In this document: positions 1 to 8,794 of the stretch, in pieces
Position numbering within the stretch: position 1 is the stretch's first letter
How the letters are laid out: every line of letters starts with the position of its first letter
Assembly (NCBI GenBank): GCA_028713495.1
Contig: JAQTOF010000002.1
Coordinates: forward strand, 1 to 46,718
Source: Candidatus Iainarchaeum sp.
Lineage (GTDB): Archaea; Micrarchaeota; Micrarchaeia; Anstonellales; Bilamarchaeaceae
Direction of reading: 5' to 3'
Length of the DNA stretch: 46,718 nucleotides
Notes under the pieces: generated by a model
Seen by the model: only the letters and a program-made list of their open reading frames with translations
Told to the model about the DNA's origin: nothing
Databases searched by the model: none
Translations under genes and position numbers: made by a program

Positions 1-3000
1 TGAATATGCTGTTGGACATGTCCAGCACGAAGACACCGCTGTAGCTCTTGTTGACGTCCAGATCGCAGCTGTTGTTGTACATGATGTTGTCTGCCATGGT
101 GACGCCGTTGAAGCCCTGTATCCTGAGGCCGTAGCCGCCGTTGCTGAAGAGCCTGTTGGCGGTCAGGTTGATCGAGTAGTTGATTGTTGCGTCACCATAG
201 AGGTAGATAGCGTCGCCGCTGGTATTGTATATACTGTTGTTGGCCAGTGTGGTGTTGTAGGCGGTTTGGACGTGTATGGCACGGTTAGGCCAATTGAAGA
301 TGGTGTTGTTCGTCACGATGGTGCCGTTCGTCTGCGTGGTCAGCGTGATGCTGTAGTTGCTTGCCGTGGTGCCGCTGCCATCAATCGAGTTGTTGGCTAT
401 CGTGTTGTTGGTCGAGTACCGTAGGTATATCAGGCCTCGATAGATGTTGTTGCCGGAGAAGATGGTGTTGTTTGCGGTGTCCAGATAGAGGGCGTAGGGT
501 ATCGTTGTCGGGTTCGAGAACGTGCTGTTGGTTATCGTCGTGCCGTTCGACGTACCGATACTGATGGCATTGCTGGCGGAGGCGATGTCCGTTATCAGCA
601 GGCCGGAGATGGTGTTGTTGTTGGATGAGCTGCTGAGACTGATGAGCGTACCATTGACCATGCAGTTCGTCATGTTATTGCTGTTTGAACGGATGAGGAA
701 GAGCCCCCGTCCGCCGCTCCCGATAGTGAGCGACGTGTCGTTCAGGAGCGTGTTGAACGTGGAATCCGCTAATGTGAAGCCGGACTGGAAGGAGGTTGCA
801 CTGTTGCTATATACCGTGACGTTGGTGACGCTGGAGTAGTCGGCGTGATATAGATAGACGCCGGTCCCCGTGGTGCCGACGCTGTAGTTCCATATGCGCG
901 GGCAGTTCTGTATTGTTACGTTGTGGTAGGGGCTTGCGGCTGAGCCGTTCACAAAGATGGCCGTGGCGTTCACTGTGCCGAAGTTGTTGATTGAATAGCC
1001 GTTACAGTCATAGATGACATCGCTGGCCGTGATTTTCACGCAGACCTTGCCGCCGGCACCGAGTTCAGTGGCGTTATTCGGAGCGCCCACATAGTCGGCC
1101 CCCTGGATATAAGTGCCGCTGGAGGTTATTACCGGGCAGTTGTCGTTCTCCAGTATGCCATAGTCGGATGCAGGGTTCATGCCGGTGAGGGAAAGCTCGT
1201 GGTTGGTCGTGTCCGGGGTGCCGTTGAGCATTGTCCAGGTGCCGTTGTACTTCCACAGCTGGAACTTGGACTCGTTGTAGCCGCCTGCAGTGACTTCGTC
1301 ACCAGTCCAGCTCCAGACGATGCTGTCTATGGAGACCGTACTGCTGCCATTGGTGATGTTCACGAACTTCTGGGCGAAGCTGGGATACCCCGCTGGCAGG
1401 GCTGAGGAGTTCCTGGTCCAGTTGATGGAGTATATCTCCGCGTTGCTCGCGCCCAGACTGTCGTTTATGGACAGGTTGGTGTAGTTCTGCAGCGTGCCTG
1501 CCGGATTGAGGAACAGCGCGCGCGTCATATTGAGCGTCACCGCGCCGGTGCCATCAGCAGAGGCATAGACGTCGCCTTGGCTGTTGTTGAAGAAGATAGG
1601 ATCTATGAACGCAGCGGAAGCATTGTCCAGGTGCATGCCGTTGCCGGAGTTGTTGGCGGCTGTGATGTTGGTGAACGTGATGTTGACTGGCATGTAGCCC
1701 GCACCGGCGTAGGAAGAGACATGGATGCCATCACCGTTGCCTGTGAGTGTGGCATCGGTCACGCTGATGTTGTCCGAGCCGCCTATGTTAATGCCGTATT
1801 CCGTGTTGTTGAAGCCGGAGAGGTTGAGTATGACGCTGTTGGAACCGATCAGGACACCGTCGCTGTTATTGTACGCCGTGTTGTTCTCCATAGTGCTCTG
1901 GGACATCACGAATCCGTAGAGCCCGTTGTTGAAGGCGCTATTATTGACTATGAGACATCCGAGCTCTCCCTGGATGCCATAGTAACCATTGTTGTAGGCG
2001 AGATTGCCGGTCAGGTTGCTGGTCGGCGGGGAAGCGATACCGGCATTCGAGTTGTCATGGGCGGTGTTGTTGGTGAACACGAAGTATTGCGCCCAGTTGT
2101 TCATGCTGAACCCGTTAATATTGTCGTACGCCGTGTTGTTGGTGAGAGTGACCAGGATTATGTCCTTGTTTGGGGGGGGTGCACCGTCGGTGTCGAATCC
2201 GGCGCCATTGCCGCATGCGGTGTTGTTGATGAATGTTATGTTGCTTATCGGACCTGAGGATAGGGGGCCGCCGATGACGAATCCGGCGGCATTGCCGCAT
2301 GCTGTGTTGTTGACGAGCGTATGGTTACCTGCCTGCGTGCCAGTCAGTAGCCTGAACCCTGCACCGCTCGTGCCGTTGTTGTTGCTGGCGATGTTGTCGG
2401 CGATGTACCCGTCATGGGAGGCTGTTACCTGGAGGCCATCAGCGAAGTTGTCGCTGATATTATTCCCTATGACGCTGAAGTTGTACGACACGCCTAAGAT
2501 GTATAGGCCCGCGACCGTGGTGACACTGCCACCGTTATTGGTGATGGTGTTGTTGACGATTGAGAAATTGTGGCTTTTCAACGAGTATGCCATGCCGCCC
2601 TGATAGTTTCTGGTGGCTGTATTGTTGATGACGTTGGTGTGGTTGGAGACGTCGAAGTCGAAACCGATGGCGATGAGGCCCGTGTTGTTGTAGGCGATAT
2701 TGCTTATCACGTTGGTGTAGTCGCTTCCGAGCATGTAGAAGCCATTGGAACTGCAATTGGTGGCATTGTTGCTAGTCAGGTTGTTGTAGGGGCTGCTGAT
2801 GATACGGAAACCGTCGTCGCTCTGGCTGGCTAAATTAGCAGTGAGATTGTTGTTGCCGCCCCCTTCCACATAGATGCCATAGCCGCAGATGGTTGCGGTA
2901 TTTTCCACCACAGTATTGAGATTGCTGTTGAGCATGTAGATGCCGTAGCTGTCGAGGAAGCGGGTATTGCTGATATTATACGCACTATTATTGTATAACA

Positions 3001-6000
3001 TGCTGTCGTTGACCTCATTCAGATAGAAGCCTGCGACCGAGTTGTTGTACGCATTACTGCCATCTATCGTGACATTCACTGCCCTGAAGGCGTAGAAAGC
3101 GTAGTAATAGCTTTCGATGACATCAATATCCTGGATGGTGACATTGCCGGCAGGATTTGAGGAGGTACCGAAGACGCCGACGCCATAGGTGTAGTTGTTC
3201 TTGATCTGGCAGTTTTTCACAGTGACGTTGCTATTGGCTGATGCGTTGACGAATATGCCGTATGAGTTGTCAGTACCGTTGTTGGTGATGGTGTGGCCGT
3301 TGCAGTCCAGGCTCACATCCGGCGAAGCTACGACTATGCATGCCTTTGATAGCGTGGGCGCGGCGCTGAATGGCGCTCCGGTCGCGTCCGCTGAGAGCTG
3401 GTAGGCGCCAGGAGTATCTATCAGCAGGCAGTTTTCTGTGACATTGTTCTGTAGGATACCGTAATCTGATGCAGGATTCATGCCGGTGAGGCTGAGGGTG
3501 TTTGCTGAAGTGTCTGGAGTGCTATTGATCATCTCCCATTCCCCGGACATGTTGTACTTCCAGAGCTCGAACTTGGAATCGTCGTAGTAGGACTCTAGGG
3601 CGACGTCAGCATCCGTCCAATACCAGACTATGCTGTCTATGGAGACACCGGCCGTGAGATTGCTTATGTTCAAGAACTTCTGCTCGAATGAGAGGTAGTC
3701 GGTCGGCAGAGCCGACTCATTGCTGGTCCAGTTTATCGCGTAAGCTTCACTGGGAACCTCGAGAAGGTCAGTGAGGGAAAGGTTGGTGAAGTTCTGCGCG
3801 CTTCCGGCCCCGTCTTTGAACAGAACGTTGGTGAGGTAAAGAGTTACGTTTGCGCCGGTGCTGCGGTTGGCGACTAAAGAGTATTTGTTTCCGTATAATG
3901 TCGAGTCCACCAGACGGCTGCTGTTGCCCTTGAATGAGTAGAAGCCGTAATTGGAGTTGTTGTATATCGTGCAGGAAGTGAAATTGTTGTTGTTGACGTT
4001 CTGGAGGTGCACTCCGTGCCCGGCATTATCACGGATAGTGACATTCGTGAAGGAATTGCCTGTGGAGGCTGTGGACAACCATATGGCGCTTATGGAGGCG
4101 TTGGTGCTGTTATAGACCGTCTCATTGGCGGCTATAAGGTAGCTGGCAGCGGCCAGGACGATGCCGCTCTGGCTGCTGTGCCACACGTTGTTGGTCAGGT
4201 TGATATAAGAGCTGAAGGTTATCGCGAGAGCGTATTGCAGATTGTCGTAGGCCGTGTTGTTGTTGAGCCAGACGTCCTTGCTTATGTTAAGGAAAAAGCC
4301 GTGGTAAGAGCTATTGTAGACCGTGTTGTTCTGGATCAGGCTTCCGCCCGAAGCATTGACTGCCGCGATTCCGACGCCATATCCAGAGATGCTGGGGCAG
4401 TTTTTCACGGTGATATTCGTGTACGTGACGGCGGAGGAGCCGTTGATGAAGACCCCGATGGCATCCGCGGTCCCGTTATTCGTGATGGAATAGCCATTGC
4501 AGTCGAAGAGGACGTCCGAGGAAGCAATCATCACGCACGCGGCCGTCAGAGGAGGGACGCCTGAAATCGCGTTTGTGGCACCTACATAGTCGTTGTCCTG
4601 TAGGTATGCACCACTCTCGCTTAGGATCGGGCAGTTCTGATTCTCGAGTATGATGTAGTCCGAGGCGGGTTCCATATCGAAAAGGGTAAATGTGTGTGTG
4701 ACTGTATCAGGAGTGCCATTGAGCATGGTCCAGCCAGTGGAGTTGTACTTCCAAAGCTCGAATTTCGATTCGTCATATGTGGAACCGAGCTCATCAACGG
4801 TCCAGTGCCAGGTGATGCGGTCTATTGATGGCGTACCGGAAACCGTGGAGATATTCACGAATTTCTGGGTGAAAGAGACATAGCCGCTGGGGATAGATGA
4901 CGAGTTAAATGTCCAGTTGATTGTGTATTCCTGCCCTGATCCCGAGAGAGTGTCATTTATGTCCAAAACAGTGTAATTTTCTAAAGTGCCGGAGGGGTTG
5001 CGGAAAGTTGCATTGGTTATGTTAAGGACGGTGCCATATGCGCCAACGACATATACATCCCAGCCGTTGTTGTAGAGGGTATTGTTGAAAATGAGGCTTC
5101 GGTTGGCATTAATCACGCAGATTCCAGCGGTATTGTTATGGATAGTATTCTCCCGGATAGTGGTAGAACTGGCGTAGGCCCCATTTAATTCTATTCCTGC
5201 CCACGGCGTGGTAGCAAGCCCTCCCCTCCATCCATTATCGTAGATGGTGTTGTTGGTGAGGTTGTTGTATTGCCTCGTTATAATGAAACCCGAAATGCTG
5301 TTATTGTAGACTGTGTTGTTTTCAAAAACATTATAATCCGCGGGTGCGCCGCCGGCCGTTACAAAACCGTAGCCAGTAGCCGTATTTCCATTCCCGTGAA
5401 CCCGGTTCCCGTAAAACCGGCCCGAGGAGCCTGCAATGTAAACTCCATCTGCGTGGTTGTTGTATGAACTGCTGTTTATGAGGGAAATGTTATTGTCAGC
5501 AAGGTAGAATCCTGAGACATTATTGTTGTAAGAGCTGCAATTTGTGAAGCTGGCATCGAGATTGTTCCCGTTTCCGTAATAAACGACAAAACCATGGCCG
5601 TAATCCAAGGATGAATCGCCGTCTTGGCCGTAGGCGACATCGTCCTGGAACGTGTTGTAATCCGAGTAAGCGCTAACTAGGTATCCGTATTGGGTGTTGT
5701 TCGCGGCAGTGCAGTTGGTGATATTTATTCTTTTTGAACCGTGTATGAAAAACCCGCCATATGATAAGAATCCGATTTCGGTGTTTTTCATGGAAGTCGT
5801 GTTCTGGATTGTGACGTTTTCTGCGGATTCGATGTCAACTCCGATGTTATAGCCGTAAATCCTTGGGCAGTTCTTTATGGTGATGTTATGGTAGGCAAGT
5901 GTTGAATTGCCATCCGCATCAGTGCCGTTGACCATTATTCCTGCTGAAGGCGTATTGGCTCCGCTGTAAGTTATGTTGTAGCCGTTGCAGTCAAATACCA

Positions 6001-7735
6001 CGTCGGAAGAAGAGATGAGTATGCAGGAGTAGAGGGTAGCTGGGGGGACGGCGTAGTAATAAGCGCTGGATGCTGGATATGGGGCTCCGGCGACGTTTTG
6101 AGTGAGCGTATACGTTCCGGGATAGCTGATATTTGTGCACGCACTTACATCATGGATGTAATCGAATTCCGCATACCCTCCGGAATCGCCTAGGATCTCG
6201 AAGTCAAAAGTGTCTGTATCCGCTGAAAGGTTTTCCAGAGTTATGTAGGACCAGCCGCCTGAATCATTGAGAAGGCCGGAGGTTCCGAGAAGCGGGGAGG
6301 TTGTCCCGTTTGCATAGATGTTGAAGTAAACATTGTCCGCGCCTCCTTTCCTTGTATATACATCCACAACGCTTCCGTTGGTAAGGTTCTGCTCGAAAGT
6401 CGCACGGACGAAATCGCCGAGCGGAATCTGCTCAGACCAGTTGTCATCCTTATCTTTGACATATCCTGTGATATCAGAGATCAATCCGTAGCTGGAATCA
6501 AGATGCTCTACATAGCTGACGTTTATTTCACCTATTGAATAGTTCGAGAAACCGGAAACATCCATGGATGCCGTCCCGGTAGCCGGGTCGTAGATGAAAT
6601 TGGAGCATTCGCTTACGCATGGCTTACCGTTCCTCAACGGATAGGGCTGCCTGAGATGATTGAGACCGCGGAACTCAAGATGGGCAGAAGCATCGAACTG
6701 CGGATATGCGGCCGTATCGATGCCAAGCAGGTTCTGGGCGACTATGAATGCCTCAGAAAGATCAGCTTTTTGCACGCTGACCCTCAGCTCAGGATAGGTT
6801 ATGCTGCCCCCTTCGCCGTCGATCGTGAGGTTGGTGAAAAGGACATTGGTGAGGTTGCTGAAGAACGGACCGCCAGCCTTGCCATGTTCCCGCAGCTTGA
6901 GGAGGCCGGATGGTATCTCTTTGTCTGCCAGGTCCTTCAGCTTCAGGACTTTGCCTTCCTGGGCGCATTTGGAGGCTTCAAGGCCAGTGAGCTGACAGAA
7001 GCCAGGCACATCCTCAGGAGGTAAGTGCGTTTCATTGGGCCCCGTGAGAACATCAGGCCCGAAAGTCTCTGGTGGAGGTTCTGCCACATTTTCGGCAGGT
7101 TCGTCCTGGGGAACATCTTCAGGCTCCGGAGCTACATCGGTTTGCTCATCAGGTTGCTCTTCCCCAGGTGCATAGGTGCCTAAGCTGGCAGTGGTCATTA
7201 TCGTTATGGTCTCTCCATCTGCAGGGGCCCGCTCAAGTGCGATGATGGCCCATTCGCCCTCGCTTATCGAGATGATCGTGTAGAGGACATCCGAAGTAGT
7301 GCCGTCAGGAGCCACGAACTGTATGGCGAGGTTGGAGAAATCATATGCCAGCCCCTGCTGCCAGGATATCTCCAGGATGGAAGGGTCAGTATTTGATGTG
7401 AACTGTCCATCCACATCTGAAAGCACATTGAGGTCATACCCCCCTTCAGGGACAGATACGTTGACCAGGACCCACTGCCCTTCCTGCATGTCCACGATCT
7501 GGTAATCAGGATGGGAAGCCTCGCCGTTGGAGATTATCTCCAGGACCATGTCTGAGAAATCAGAGGCGAAACCCTCCATGTGGGTTATGTTTATGAGCTG
7601 TGAAACCGTGAAAAGGCTAAGGGTAATGAACATCAGGTTCATGGCAGGCGAAGGGCGAGAAGGCTGGCTACTTCGTGGTATGGGGATGAACCTGCTTGGA
7701 CTCATGGATGCACCGTCGCCTGTGCTAATCGGCAT
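1..7735 (-). CDS. Giant secreted surface protein, 3'-partial (>2,540 aa inside the window). It has an N-terminal domain, an acidic linker, and four right-handed parallel beta-helix (PbH1/NosD-like) units separated by a thrice-repeated ~135-aa module.
   Basis: Not in the supplied ORF track, because it has no stop inside the window. The reverse complement, read in the frame with codon first bases at positions = 1 mod 3, is stop-free from ATG 7735 down to position 2. In-frame alternative starts are ATG 7705 and ATG 7642 (MNLMFITLSLF...). The translation shows a hydrophobic N-terminus, a Pro/Glu-rich linker, repeated beta-helix rungs (NNT/NNS...G-x-Y/F) and four caps of the form SSDVxFDCNGYxI. 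It is paralogous to the N-terminus of 27677..31594. Confidence 0.85.
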   Translation of the reverse strand, partial: MPISTGDGASMSPSRFIPIPRSSQPSRPSPAMNLMFITLSLFTVSQLINITHMEGFASDFSDMVLEIISNGEASHPDYQIVDMQEGQWVLVNVSVPEGGYDLNVLSDVDGQFTSNTDPSILEISWQQGLAYDFSNLAIQFVAPDGTTSDVLYTIISISEGEWAIIALERAPADGETITIMTTASLGTYAPGEEQPDEQTDVAPEPEDVPQDEPAENVAEPPPETFGPDVLTGPNETHLPPEDVPGFCQLTGLEASKCAQEGKVLKLKDLADKEIPSGLLKLREHGKAGGPFFSNLTNVLFTNLTIDGEGGSITYPELRVSVQKADLSEAFIVAQNLLGIDTAAYPQFDASAHLEFRGLNHLRQPYPLRNGKPCVSECSNFIYDPATGTASMDVSGFSNYSIGEINVSYVEHLDSSYGLISDITGYVKDKDDNWSEQIPLGDFVRATFEQNLTNGSVVDVYTRKGGADNVYFNIYANGTTSPLLGTSGLLNDSGGWSYITLENLSADTDTFDFEILGDSGGYAEFDYIHDVSACTNISYPGTYTLTQNVAGAPYPASSAYYYAVPPATLYSCILISSSDVVFDCNGYNITYSGANTPSAGIMVNGTDADGNSTLAYHNITIKNCPRIYGYNIGVDIESAENVTIQNTTSMKNTEIGFLSYGGFFIHGSKRINITNCTAANNTQYGYLVSAYSDYNTFQDDVAYGQDGDSSLDYGHGFVVYYGNGNNLDASFTNCSSYNNNVSGFYLADNNISLINSSSYNNHADGVYIAGSSGRFYGNRVHGNGNTATGYGFVTAGGAPADYNVFENNTVYNNSISGFIITRQYNNLTNNTIYDNGWRGGLATTPWAGIELNGAYASSTTIRENTIHNNTAGICVINANRSLIFNNTLYNNGWDVYVVGAYGTVLNITNATFRNPSGTLENYTVLDINDTLSGSGQEYTINWTFNSSSIPSGYVSFTQKFVNISTVSGTPSIDRITWHWTVDELGSTYDESKFELWKYNSTGWTMLNGTPDTVTHTFTLFDMEPASDYIILENQNCPILSESGAYLQDNDYVGATNAISGVPPLTAACVMIASSDVLFDCNGYSITNNGTADAIGVFINGSSAVTYTNITVKNCPSISGYGVGIAAVNASGGSLIQNNTVYNSSYHGFFLNISKDVWLNNNTAYDNLQYALAITFSSYINLTNNVWHSSQSGIVLAAASYLIAANETVYNSTNASISAIWLSTASTGNSFTNVTIRDNAGHGVHLQNVNNNNFTSCTIYNNSNYGFYSFKGNSSRLVDSTLYGNKYSLVANRSTGANVTLYLTNVLFKDGAGSAQNFTNLSLTDLLEVPSEAYAINWTSNESALPTDYLSFEQKFLNISNLTAGVSIDSIVWYWTDADVALESYYDDSKFELWKYNMSGEWEMINSTPDTSANTLSLTGMNPASDYGILQNNVTENCLLIDTPGAYQLSADATGAPFSAAPTLSKACIVVASPDVSLDCNGHTITNNGTDNSYGIFVNASANSNVTVKNCQIKNNYTYGVGVFGTSSNPAGNVTIQDIDVIESYYYAFYAFRAVNVTIDGSNAYNNSVAGFYLNEVNDSMLYNNSAYNISNTRFLDSYGIYMLNSNLNTVVENTATICGYGIYVEGGGNNNLTANLASQSDDGFRIISSPYNNLTSNNATNCSSNGFYMLGSDYTNVISNIAYNNTGLIAIGFDFDVSNHTNVINNTATRNYQGGMAYSLKSHNFSIVNNTITNNGGSVTTVAGLYILGVSYNFSVIGNNISDNFADGLQVTASHDGYIADNIASNNNGTSGAGFRLLTGTQAGNHTLVNNTACGNAAGFVIGGPLSSGPISNITFINNTACGNGAGFDTDGAPPPNKDIILVTLTNNTAYDNINGFSMNNWAQYFVFTNNTAHDNSNAGIASPPTSNLTGNLAYNNGYYGIQGELGCLIVNNSAFNNGLYGFVMSQSTMENNTAYNNSDGVLIGSNSVILNLSGFNNTEYGINIGGSDNISVTDATLTGNGDGIHVSSYAGAGYMPVNITFTNITAANNSGNGMHLDNASAAFIDPIFFNNSQGDVYASADGTGAVTLNMTRALFLNPAGTLQNYTNLSINDSLGASNAEIYSINWTRNSSALPAGYPSFAQKFVNITNGSSTVSIDSIVWSWTGDEVTAGGYNESKFQLWKYNGTWTMLNGTPDTTNHELSLTGMNPASDYGILENDNCPVITSSGTYIQGADYVGAPNNATELGAGGKVCVKITASDVIYDCNGYSINNFGTVNATAIFVNGSAASPYHNVTIQNCPRIWNYSVGTTGTGVYLYHADYSSVTNVTVYSNSATSFQSGFTLADSTFNTLLNDTSLTIGSGGRGLFLIRSNSNNMTNCMVNGTLISLSSSSNNNTISGLLITDIASASNAISIGTSNGTTITNSTFSNPTTIPYALYLDTANNTIFSGNNIYRGLIYLRYSTNNTIANNSIDGSGTTASNYSITLTTQTNGTIVTNNTIFNWPNRAIHVQTAYNTTLANNSIYNTSGDAIYLYGDATINYSINLTANRLFSNGGYGLRIQGFNGVTMADNIMYNNSCDLDVNKSYSGVFVLDMSNSIF
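1133..1540 (-). repeat. Copy c of the ~135-aa inter-helix module in the giant ORF.
   Basis: Translation: ...LNMTRALFLNPAGTLQNYTNLSIND...INWTRNSSALPAGYPSFAQKFVNIT...SIDSIVWSWT...ESKFQLWKYNGTWTMLNGTPDT...SDYGILENDNCP. The boundaries are approximate. Confidence 0.75.
3426..3850 (-). repeat. Copy b of the ~135-aa inter-helix module in the giant ORF.
   Basis: Translation: ...LYLTNVLFKDGAGSAQNFTNLSLTD...INWTSNESALPTDYLSFEQKFLNIS...SIDSIVWYWT...DSKFELWKYNMSGEWEMINSTPDT...SDYGILQNNVTENC. The boundaries are approximate. Confidence 0.75.
4628..5030 (-). repeat. Copy a of the ~135-aa inter-helix module in the giant ORF.
   Basis: Translation: ...NITNATFRNPSGTLENYTVLDINDT...INWTFNSSSIPSGYVSFTQKFVNIS...SIDRITWHWT...ESKFELWKYNSTGWTMLNGTPDT...SDYIILENQNCP. 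The boundaries are approximate. Confidence 0.75.
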
Positions 7736-7765
7736 ACGCCGATAACGAATATATATCTTCCGCAT

Positions 7766-8788
7766 TCATTTCTTCGCTTTCGCCTCAGACTTCCACTTGC
7801 GGTAGATTACATACGCGATTATTGGTATGAGGATTAACAGCAAAATCCAGCATTGGAATTCTGGCTGGACGATTATCGTGACGATCTCCTCAGGCACGAT
7901 AGGCGGGGTCACATTTGTCGGAGTGACACCGCACTTCTCTATCCTGAAGACTTCTATGGTCGAACAGTTGCTCAAATCTTTGCATGACTGCTGGCGATAG
8001 CCATCCAAGCACGGCCCCCACTCGCCGCAATAAAGTACGATCTCGCACGTGACGTTCGTGATGTTTGGTGGCTGCGGAACGGTCACGTTGCTGACATTAT
8101 AATACGGGGTGTGTGTTCCACCCCCTCCTTCGCCCCCTCCAGGCGGCTCTGTCGGAGGCGGATTGCAGGCAAGATCTACGGTTAGATAGTAGCTGGTATT
8201 GCTGCCATTTGTCGGAAGCATGAACTGGAAATCGAATAACGAACCGTTGAAACCCGGCTGATCGCTCAAGACAGTCGTTATGAACACGAAATCGTCTGCC
8301 TGGTCTTTCAGGTATCCCATCCTGAAGATGTTCGGAGTGGGTGAATTGGTATATGCTGTCGGAACTCCGGTTATATCGCCGAAATTCGCGGTCGTGAAAG
8401 ACGTTGACAGCCCTAAGGTGGTTGTGCCGTTGTCGCCTGGTCTGTTTATGAAAAGGTCCAATGCTGTCAGATTGCCTCTTGAAAGCGCGGTTATGGCCGT
8501 AGACGAATTGGAGAATAGCAGATCAAGGTTTTTCACGCCATAGGTGCAGCTGGAAGAACCGGTGTTAATCGTGTAGCAGCTGATATTCCCTGGAACCGCA
8601 GTGATCGTGAGCGGCACTGCAGCGGCCGGAGAGGTCTGACCGCACACCCCGAACCAGAATGAGCTCTGGTTGCTGGTGACATTGAGGGCGGTTATGTTGC
8701 CTCCTTCAGTGTTAGCGGACTGGGCAAAGGCCAGGGCTGCCATCACGAAGAAAACAAGGAAAGAACGGGAGATGCTCATGTGAGTCAT
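7766..8788 (-). CDS. Secreted, C-terminally membrane-anchored surface protein, sequon-rich, with a small Cys/Trp module.
   Basis: In the ORF track. Signal peptide (SISRSFLVFFVMAALAFAQSA), many N-x-S/T sequons and a PPTEPPGGGEGGGG linker. Cys-rich block YCGEWGPCLDGYRQQSCKDLSNC...EKC, then a C-terminal TM helix plus a KWKSEAKAKK tail. GGAGG at 8789-8793 favours ATG 8779 as the true start. Shares the TEGGNI[TS]A[LV]NVT motif with 10585..11259. Confidence 0.8.
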   Translation of the reverse strand: MTHMSISRSFLVFFVMAALAFAQSANTEGGNITALNVTSNQSSFWFGVCGQTSPAAAVPLTITAVPGNISCYTINTGSSSCTYGVKNLDLLFSNSSTAITALSRGNLTALDLFINRPGDNGTTTLGLSTSFTTANFGDITGVPTAYTNSPTPNIFRMGYLKDQADDFVFITTVLSDQPGFNGSLFDFQFMLPTNGSNTSYYLTVDLACNPPPTEPPGGGEGGGGTHTPYYNVSNVTVPQPPNITNVTCEIVLYCGEWGPCLDGYRQQSCKDLSNCSTIEVFRIEKCGVTPTNVTPPIVPEEIVTIIVQPEFQCWILLLILIPIIAYVIYRKWKSEAKAKK

Positions 8789-8794
8789 CCTCCA

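Noticed and set aside
1577-4564. Long plus-strand ORFs in the track (1577..2257 at 226 aa, 2004..2603 at 199 aa, 4007..4564 at 185 aa, and others in 361-7745).
   Set aside because: They are antisense shadows of the giant minus-strand ORF. Their products are low-complexity Val/Gly/Asp or Leu/Pro strings with no motifs, and they overlap each other in different frames. The minus-strand frame gives a coherent repeat protein.
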